Positions 21,891 to 31,100 of a DNA stretch of 39,446 nt are shown here, piece by piece. The stretch covers positions 52,316,055 to 52,355,500 of the forward strand of contig NC_068981.1 of assembly GCF_001194135.2 (NCBI RefSeq). The letters are read 5' to 3'. The position numbers and the translations under genes were made by a program. Below the pieces are notes generated by a model. That model was not told where the DNA came from. It was given only the letters and a program-made list of their open reading frames with translations, and did not search any database. The stretch's first letter is position 1. Each line of letters opens with the position of its first letter. This DNA comes from Octopus bimaculoides. Taxonomy: Eukaryota.

Positions 21891-22748
21891 TGGACAAGGA
21901 ATGGGTTCTCTACTACGCTCGCATTTATTTATATTTAAATGAGAAGATTGTATGTAATGGCGATAGTAGTTTTATATCTAGTGACGATAGGTAGTTTCAC
22001 TACATAGAGTATCACTTAACATATAAAATGTATTTTAGTTTTAGGTAACTGTTTATTGATAAACTTTTTCACAATACAACATAGCAGGGAGATTATTTTT
22101 TTCAAAGTACATCTGCTATTACTGCTGACATGCAGTTTTTGGCTTTGCCATCAGATACAAGTTGTAATTCTCAGTCATAAAAAGTAATCAAATATTAATT
22201 AAATTTTTTGTATACTATGGATTAAATATTTTGTTACTTCACTTTTGTTCATTTCTTAATAGATCTATGCATTATGAAATGTCCTAAATTTTATCTTTTC
22301 TGTGACCTAGTAGTAACTGACACAATTTCACAAATGAGCAAAATACTTTGACATTTCATGATATACGTAATTCTTAGGGTCTATTCTAAGGAATAGATGA
22401 AAGTGAATGTTAAGTTTTTTTTTTTTTTTGCTATTTTGTTGAATCTTAATCATTTTATTTATTTTCATCAATCTATATCAGTTATCAGCTTTTGTGTGAC
22501 TTTATATCTCATGAAAAAGTAGCTACTAACATTTCCACAACGGTTATCTTATCCTTCAATTTAATGTTATCTTTAAGATAATCATTTATCCCTTTGTCAT
22601 CTCATTTTCTTACAGCTTATTTATATATTTATATAGTATTTAAGACCAATCTTCCATTCCTATATTTATACAAATAACACAAAATTATTTATAGAAATAT
22701 TAATATTTCTAAATCTCTCTAAAGGAGACTACGGCAGCAGTACTGGAT

Positions 22749-23073
22749 ATTAATAGTTATTGCCAAGCTAACATAGCAGTCCAGGAAAATAGGACGAATG
22801 CTGCTGTTCATTAGCACCAAGAGGCTATTGCCTCTACCTAACTATGTGACACACAAACCCGTGTCCATTTCAACCTTCAAACAGGGGAGGTCAGCAGCTT
22901 CCCTTTGTTGAACCAGCAAGGGGAAGCTGCTGACCTCCCTTGTTCGAAGGTTGTAATGGACACAGGTTTGTGTCACATAGCTAGGTAGAAGCAATGGCCT
23001 CTTGGTGCTAATCACTGGCAGCATTCGTCCTATTTTCCTGGACTGCTATGTTAGCTTGGTGATAACTATTAAT
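22749..23073. mobile_element. 325-bp foldback element / MITE
   Basis: Two ~157-bp arms, about 90% reverse-complementary by eye, with a ~10-nt loop; both ends are attaat. Confidence 0.85.
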
Positions 23074-23312
23074 GCAAAATTATTTGTTATATGTTATCTA
23101 TGTCAATGTTATTTCTCACTCAATGAAATATGTGATGCTGAATAATTTATTTCCTTAATAACAATCAATTTTCTTCTCTTTTCACAGAAGTAGTATCACA
23201 CTTCATAATAATCTTCTTAACAGCTTTTTAAAAGTTATTCTTCTTTCATTTGTTCTGGTAAAATTATGTAGAGCAACTTAATTATGATTTGAAGAAATGG
23301 AAGCTTTTGTCG

Positions 23313-24200
23313 TTTTATTTATTATGGTTGGGTTCCAACCCAAACCACGGCAACAAAGTCTACCTACCACACTTCTCAGTCCAGCATCACAACTTTGAGG
23401 TCCTGGATACATTCCAGGCCAGTTTCTACAATTAAGTTGTTGATGTAAGTGTAACAATATTTTCCTCTTCTTACATCACCATGAAATGGATTCCACAAGA
23501 TTAATTTGGATGTTTCCAGTTCAGTGACCAGATAGTTGTAGCCATCTTTGTTTGATCTTCTCACTAACTTTTGGCAGGTTTCCATAAAGGCATTCATGTC
23601 ATATGTAGCTACCATTTCACATTTAGGGTCATTCATAGCATCCATAATTTCTGATAATTTCATTTGATAATTTCTTTGTCAGTGTCCATGTTTCACTACC
23701 ATATAATAGCATTGATTCAACATTCACAATGAACAGCTTGATTTTGATTTGCCTGAGCAGTTTGGAGTTTCAGACTTTTTTTAGTTTGTGACAGGCTGTC
23801 CATGCTTGTGCTTCCGAACTGCTCACCCAACCACCTAAGTACTTGAAGTTTTCAGCAACATTCAATTTGAAACCACTCAAAACAAACAGTTCAGTATCAT
23901 TTGATCGGTTGAAAGATTCCATTTTCTTGATATTTGTGTGCAATCTTATTTAAGCAGCTGATGTCTCTACTCTACTGAGCAGCCATTGAACTTGATCTAT
24001 TTCATTAGATATGAGTGTTATATCATCTGCAAAGTCCAGGTCTGTGATGGTTACTGCTGGTATTCTCCATGATCTTTGCCAGTCTATGATGAAACCAAGG
24101 TTTTCATCACTTGTCTATAGCCTGCCACATTGCATAATCCAATACAATTACAAACAGATAAGGTACAAGCATATCTCCTTGTAGCACCCCAGCTTTTTTC
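23313..24200 (-). mobile_element. Degenerate RTE-group (RTE-X-like) LINE RT and C-terminus
   Basis: IPAVTITDLDFADDITLISN (catalytic FADD), ENFKYLGGWV, AWTACHKL, KIKLF...VESMLLY. Confidence 0.85.
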
Positions 24201-24699
24201 AATATAACAAGAAAAAACCAAAATACTTAGAAGTGGTTTTAAAAAATGCTACCTTTGTCAATGAATAAATAATTCTGTCAAAGTATTAACCAAAATAGCA
24301 AGGTATATTATGTAAGAACTACTAGGGATATAACTGTTTCAAAGAAGGTGAAAAGGTATTTTGAATTATATATATTCGTAATAAAATCTGAACTATATAT
24401 AAATAAATAAACTATAAATAAGCTGGGTATGATACTCAGAATGCAATTCTGGGAGAATTACTAAACTAGAAAATGTTAAAAGAAAACTAATAAAAGAATT
24501 TGAGTTTATTTGAAATGAAGATCATAATATATAGATCTAACCAACAATACACACACACACACACACATTAAATGAGACTTTTTTAGCAGTTAATCAAGAA
24601 GCATGATTTGTGCTATGATCTTCATGGGCCACTAACATCAGTGAGATTGCTATGGTTTATCTCCAGTTTGAATACCTTCAAGCCGATGTCAGCAGGAAA

Positions 24700-25280
24700 A
24701 ATAGGAGCTAAGACAAAATTTCAGAGGGCTGATACGTTGAGGAGGAAGGATTAAACAAAATGGTTAATGTGGATCTAGGGAGGAGAAACCACAATTGTGG
24801 GTGATGACAGAAGAGAAATGGGTATGTTGAGTGGACCTGGCATGTCAACTGTATGCAACATGTTTTATCTTTTGTGTTCACCACAACAATGTCAGGTTTC
24901 TGATGTCTAATCTGATGGTTGCACTGAATTTCTCAATCTTCATTCTCAGTAACTGCCTCTGGGATTTGATCAAACCATGCCTTTGATCTTCTTAGGCCAT
25001 AATTTCCACAGAGCTCCCAATAGATCATTTTGCTACATTGTCATGTCATCTTTTGTATTCACCTTGTACCAGTTTCAGGCATTCACTAACAATGTGCCAT
25101 ACTGTTTTACCCCTCTCACCACACATTCTGCATTTGTCGTTCTCAGTTGTGTTATCAATTCTCAACTTCATATAGTTTGTCCTCAATGCTTGTACTTATG
25201 CTACACATATAAGTGCTTCTGTTTCTATCTTCAGGTTACTCTTCCATATTCATAACCACCAGCCTTCTGTATCTGTCATG
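24700..25280 (-). mobile_element. Degenerate R4/Dong-like non-LTR element C-terminus (zinc knuckle plus restriction-like endonuclease)
   Basis: DKCRMCGERGKTVWHIVSECLKL..GEYKR*HDNVA (CCHC), then KPDIVVV...D; several stops and frameshifts. Confidence 0.8.
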
Positions 25281-25326
25281 GAGCTTGTATCTCTTGCAAT
25301 ATCATTATTATTAATTTTGTTATTAT

Positions 25327-25540
25327 TAAGGCAGTGAGCTGGCAGAATCGTTAGCGCGCTGGATGAAATACTTAGTGGTATTTCGCCTGATGCTACACTC
25401 TGAGTTCAAATTCCACCAAAGTCAATTTTGCTTTTCATCCTTTTGGGGTCAATAAATTAAGTACCAATGAAGCATTGGCATTGATGTAATCCACTAGTAA
25501 CCCCACAAAAATTTGAGGCCTTGTGTCTCAGTAGAAAGGA
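25327..25540 (+). mobile_element. tRNA-derived SINE (gagttcaaatt family)
   Basis: taaggcagtgagctggcagaatcgttagc...gagttcaaattcc...aagtacc. Confidence 0.85.
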
Positions 25541-25789
25541 CTGCCACTGCCACCATCGCCACCACCACCATCATCATCATTATTATTATTTCAGAATGAA
25601 AAGCAATGTTACTCCATCACATCTGAAAAAGTCATTTATAAAAGACTCAAAGGAAGACATGCTTATCATCAACTTAACACAACAGGGACTAGAATGAAAT
25701 TCTGATCTGCTTGATCCTGAGAGCCAGTAATAAATCTCATATCTTCGTTTTGCTTCAGATGACTATATCCAAATATTCTGCTCTTTCTC

Positions 25790-26200
25790 TCTCAGCAGAG
25801 ACCTTGAAAATATCTGTAATAGAATCATATTAATCTTATCGCCTTTCAATAGGAAGGAAACACTCTTGCATCCCATCCCATACACACAATTAAAAACCTT
25901 CTAAGCCGCCGCCATTGGTGATTCTTCCTCAAAGGCAGCAACACAAAGACTAGCCTCCCTTTTTCAGATCAGAAAATATTTCGGCTCTGATCAGTTGCTG
26001 ACTCACTACAAAGTTCAAGTAAGACCCACAATACAGTACTGCTCCCACATCTGGAACAATGCTGTTGTTACTGAATACATGGATATTTAATGTTATCTCC
26101 TCACTCTGCCTTTTCTGTCGTTACTACAATGGCCTCAGTCCTTGAAGTTGTACGGTTTTGTGACACCTCTACCCAAACCCATTTGTCTCTCCTTCTCTCA
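25790..26200 (+). mobile_element. Degenerate CR1/I-group LINE 3' ORF fragment
   Basis: FQIRKYFGSDQLLTHYKVQVRPTIQYCSHIWNNA fits the LYKAQIRPxLEYCSHIW pattern. Confidence 0.7.
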
Positions 26201-26626
26201 TATATATATTCCCACCCCTTGGCTCTGCACTAACTGATATTTCTAATCCTTTCTTCTTAAAATGTCAGGAATACTGTCCCTGTGTGTTTTTAACTATTGT
26301 TGTTCATTAACATAAACCATATTGACCTCACTGATTTCCAGGCCTTGCCAGTGGCAAAGGTACAACCATGGCGGCAAGACTTCTTTTGTACCCCACCAAA
26401 AACCCCTTTTTTTTTATTTAATTTTTTTTTCTACGCAAACCCCTGTTTTCAACTATGGAGAATACGAATTTCCCCAAAAAATTGGCAAAAATCGGCATTT
26501 TGAAATTACCCCTCTCTCCCCACCTAAATTCTTCATTTTTAACTTTTTTCAGATTTTTTTTTTCCAAAACATGTGGAAAAATATGGAGATTATGATTCTG
26601 AAAAAAATTTACAAAAATTTTTCTAC

Positions 26627-26796
26627 TTAGGGCTAGGGTGGTAGGGTTAGGGTTTTAGGGTTAGGGTTAGAGTTTTAGGGTTAGCGTTACGGTTTTAGGG
26701 TTAGGGTTAGGGTTTTAGAGTTAGGGTTAAGGTTAGGGTTAGGGCTAGGGTTTTAGGGTTAGGGTTGTGGTTGGGGTTTTAGGGTTAGGGTTACGG
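26627..26796 (+). repeat. Interstitial telomere-like array (TTAGGG and TTTTAGGG variants)
   Basis: About 26 units; four consecutive 20-bp (8+6+6) units at 26653-26732. Confidence 0.92.
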
Positions 26797-27547
26797 ATTA
26801 AAATGAAAAATGAAGAAACTGGTGGCTGGAGGAGTAAGGAGGGTGCAAAAAATTTCAAAATTCCGATTTTTGGCAATTTTTCGGAATCTCCGTATCCGAA
26901 AAGGTGGGTTTTTGGCAAAAAAAAAAAATGTTTAACNNNNNNNNNNNNNNNNNNNNNNNNNNNNNNNNNNNNNNNNNNNNNNNNNNNNNNNNNNNNNNNN
27001 NNNNNNNNNNNNNNNNNNNNNNNNNNNNNNNNNNNNNNNNNNNNNNNNNNNNNNNNNNNNNNNNNNNNNNNNNNNNNNNNNNNNNNNNNNNNNNNNNNNN
27101 NNNNNNNNNNNNNNNNNNNNNNNNNNNNNNNNNNNNNNNNNNNNNNNNNNNNNNNNNNNNNNNNNNNNNNNNNNNNNNNNNNNNNNNNNNNNNNNNNNNN
27201 NNNNNNNNNNNNNNNNNNNNNNNNNNNNNNNNNNNNNNNNNNNNNNNNNNNNNNNNNNNNNNNNNNNNNNNNNNNNNNNNNNNNNNNNNNNNNNNNNNNN
27301 NNNNNNNNNNNNNNNNNNNNNNNNNNNNNNNNNNNNNNNNNNNNNNNNNNNNNNNNNNNNNNNNNNNNNNNNNNNNNNNNNNNNNNNNNNNNNNNNNNNN
27401 NNNNNNNNNNNNNNNNNNNNNNNNNNNNNNNNNNNNNNNNNNNNNNNNNNNNNNNNNNNNNNNNNNNNNNNNNNNNNNNNNNNNNNNNNNNNNNNNNNNN
27501 NNNNNNNNNNNNNNNNNNNNNNNNNNNNNNNNNNNNNNNNNNNNNNA

Positions 27548-27600
27548 CCCTAAACATGTATTCATTTGCACACGCGGTTTAGGGATAGGGTTAGGGTTAG
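27548..27600. repeat. Telomere-like repeats in both orientations at the right edge of the gap
   Basis: accctaaac...gtttagggatagggttagggttag. Confidence 0.75.
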
Positions 27601-27660
27601 GATCGACCACTCAAGACTAGCTAGCGCGGACGCGCGACTGCGCGCTGCTTTAGTAGTACC

Positions 27661-27750
27661 AAGTACCAGTTGCATACTGTGGTCGATCTAATCGACTGGT
27701 CCCCTTCCCCTAAAAAAATTTCGGGCCTCGTGCCTAGAGTAGAAAAGAAT
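27661..27750 (+). mobile_element. SINE 3' half
   Basis: aagtaccagttgcatactgtggtcgatctaatcgactgg...ctagagtagaaaagaat. Confidence 0.75.
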
Positions 27751-28036
27751 ATTTATCTATGTAGCAGAGATAGTAAGCGTGACATCGATAAGAAATTATT
27801 CATTCAGTAAGGGGAGGAGCCACTTGAATGTCATGTTATCATTAAGTGCTGTTGTGCGGAGTAAGAGGTTTATAAAATAGACACAAAATACAGATTTGTT
27901 TTTGTCATAGTTGATATTAATATTCGCCAAAAACAATTTCTTTAGCCTAAACTGCAGTGGTAACAATAGGTGACTGCACGAATAATTAGTTATTCAAATA
28001 ACTAATAACGAAGTTATTACAAATAATTTGTAAACA

Positions 28037-28137
28037 ATGGCGGGAAAATATGAAAGCATCGAAAGTATCCTGAAAAAACATTTGCCACCTGATGAACTGA
28101 GGGAAGTATGGCGTGTTCTCTACGGAAAAGAACTACG
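28037..28137 (+). CDS. UPB1: UPB1 exon 1: [33 protein letters not shown](R)
   Basis: ATG in aacaATGG context; cg|gtaaga donor; 101 nt. Confidence 0.95.
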
Positions 28138-31100
28138 GTAAGAAAGCTACATGTTTTTTTTTTCATCTCGTCAGTTTATTGTTAAGTTTGTCCATATTGT
28201 AGAAGTAGGCTATTCTGCTGTCAACTATCTTGTTCCTCTTCGTCGTTGCAACAATATCATTTCACTTCAGTCATTAAATATCCTTTAGAAAATTATGAAC
28301 GTCACGAAATCTCGGTTTCTTTCTAAATCTAAGGTATTATGACTTTTTTTTTACTGGGAATTCTTATTAATAACTATTATTTAAGTTTCAAGTTAGTCCT
28401 GATTGACCAAACATGATCGAAGGTGCAGCAACTGTAACCATCCATAACTTTCTGTATAGGTCTACATTGTTTAATATACCCTTCTTTCTCTAAGACAATC
28501 AGTTGTGTTTTGAGGGAATTTGGTTTCTATATCTACTGTAGCACATAAAATGACAACATAGAAGCTCTCACGAATGCCCGACCTTTGTGGGTCGTAAGTA
28601 GTACAATAAGTTATGGACGAAGTAATGAGGGCGAGTTTGAACTGATTAACCTGAAAATGCAAAATAAACCGTGATTTGTATATTCATCCTTTGCACATTC
28701 TATCAGACTTTTCGCTGTTGGATTTCGTCTTCAGAGAACAACTTCTGTCTTTACACAATATGTGTTGACAACACAACTATTATTATTAATATATGGCGTA
28801 TATTTCGTCCGTCTTCACGTTCTGAGTTCAAATTCCTCTGAGATCGACTTTGCCTTTCATCATTTCAGGGTCGATAAAAATTTAGTATTCTTTTCTACTC
28901 TAGACACAGGGCCCGAAATTTTGGGGGAGGGGGCCAGTCCATTAGATCGACTCCAGTACGCAACTGGTACTTATCTTATCGACCCCGAACGGATGAAAGG
29001 CAAAGTGGGGGTCTGTCGATGCAGTCGACTTACCCCTCCCCTGAAGTTGCTGGTGTTGTGCCACAATTTGAAATCAGTATTAATACATGGCGTCAAAGCT
29101 AATTCATATGTACTAATAAACGTCATAAAATCCGTTTCCATTCGAAAAATAATTTCTGCCTCGTCAACTGCATTTATTATATTCGTTATTGGTAAATTAA
29201 TCGAAAGAGTTGTTCTGTAAATTTACCTTGTTATCTATAGGGAGTGAAAGTAACGTGTTATCAAAATATTCTATGTCAATAACCTGAGGATAAACACTTT
29301 ATTTTTACTAGTCTCTAACATGTTTTTGTTAGTTTTTATTTTTTCATATTTTAGTGTGGCAGTCCTTTGGAGAGTTGCCTCTAGTGTTTTTACAACAAAT
29401 ATAATGGGACACGTGTATAATAGCGTCGGCAAAACAACTTTTACTAAACTGGAAGTTTTTCAGTAAAGCGTAAATTATGACGTATTCCTATAGAATAGCG
29501 TCGGGAATTATCTAGTGTACTCCCCNNNNNNNNNNNNNNNNNNNNNNNNNNNNNNNCCCCAAAAAACATCGTAGATTGCAAATCTACAAAAATGGGAAGA
29601 AAAATTAGTTAATGTTTACTTTAACATCCGGTCACCAAAACAAAAAGAAACAAGTGTAATAGGTGTCGCTACCATGCTGGTGTATCCCAAACCAGATGCC
29701 ACACTGTGTGTACTAGTTGATGCATCCAATTCCGGAGTTGGAGGCGTGCTCTAACAACTCACTGACGGTATTTGGCAACCTGTATCCTTCTTCTGCAAGC
29801 ACTTAAAACCCGCCAAGACTAAATACAGTACCTTCGGTCGAGAATTAGTGGCAGCGTATCTCACTGTCAAGTATTTTCGACACATGCTGAAGGTCACGTT
29901 TTCTCCATTTATACCGACTATAAACCGCTGGTTTATGCCTTCAACGCCAAGTCCTATCGTCACTCACCCAGGGAAGTCCGACATCTAGACTTCTTACCAC
30001 AGTACACAACAGACATTTGCAACATCAACTCTGCAGCTGATGCCCTGTCACGCATGGAACTTAACACTATCCACACCAGCGCTACCATTGATCTCCAGCA
30101 GATTGTAGCTGATCAACAAGATTACGAAGAACTATTACAGCTTTGGAATTCGTCATCTCTGAAATTTCAGCAGTCACTGATACCCTCTGCTACAGGCTAT
30201 ATTTGGTGTGACACCTCTACCAGTCATGAACATCCATATGTGCCACAGAAACATAGACGTGCCATTTTCTCTGCTTTGCATTCCCTAGCACATCCTGGTG
30301 TCTGCACCACACCAAAGCTGATATCGACCCGTTTCATGTGGCCCAACATCAACAAGGACACGCATGGTTGGGCTAGGACCTGCATTGCATGCCAAAAAGC
30401 AAAGGTCCACCGACACATTAAATCTCCCATCGGTTCCTTTGCAATTCCAGATGCACATTTTCAACCTGCGCATATTGACATCGTTGGACCCTTGCCTCCT
30501 TCCAACAACTGTACTATTCTCATAGTCAGGCTGCTTTGATAATGACTGACAGCTGTATTAATACCTTTTGCTACATAGATTACCAGAGTAAGAAAGTTTT
30601 TACCTCTACTGACAACAAATAGTTACTCTCAGATTATGTGGTGCTTGTGTATGTAGTGTAGCATTGCAAGGTAGTACAATATGGGCACTGATGTAAAGAT
30701 TGTATGAAAACTAGAAAGAAGTTTATTACACAAGCATGTTTCACTGGATATAATGTTAGTTTGCATGAATGAGCTGAGCACAAATGAACTGAGAGTAAAA
30801 CTGGATTTATGTAGAATGAGCAAAAAGGACTCAAATGTAGAATATTATACTTTCCAACCTCCATCCCCACCATCATCTTTTAATGTCCACTTTTCCATAA
30901 TTACATATATTGGACAAGTTTTTTCTATTGCTATTTATCATGGCTGCTTGTCATCTCCATGGCATTCAGTCTTTGTCCTGTGGCTTTCCTGGTTTTCTTC
31001 TGTAAGTTCTGTCCACTTGGAACTCCCAGCACTTCTATGTACAACTGCCATTTTTCAGGAAACAGGTGTTAGAGAGATTCCTTTTACCACATTTAGTTGG

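Larger units (their letters stand above)
20725..22004 (-). mobile_element. Gypsy-type LTR (about 20757-22004, includes a gap) plus PBS plus a 15-nt LTR-end-like motif, flanked by an 8-bp direct repeat
   Basis: Minus strand starts TGTAGTG, ends CCTTACA, then AT and TGGTGACCCCGACGT; tagagtat at 20717-20724 and 22005-22012. Confidence 0.8.

Noticed and set aside
26627-27600. True chromosome end or telomere-fusion scar
   Set aside because: Short, degenerate array with a 20-bp higher-order period, embedded between ordinary genes; cannot be fully excluded because of the gap.
28762-29220. 152-aa plus-strand ORF in UPB1 intron 1
   Set aside because: Read through nested SINE sequence; no domain and no splice support.
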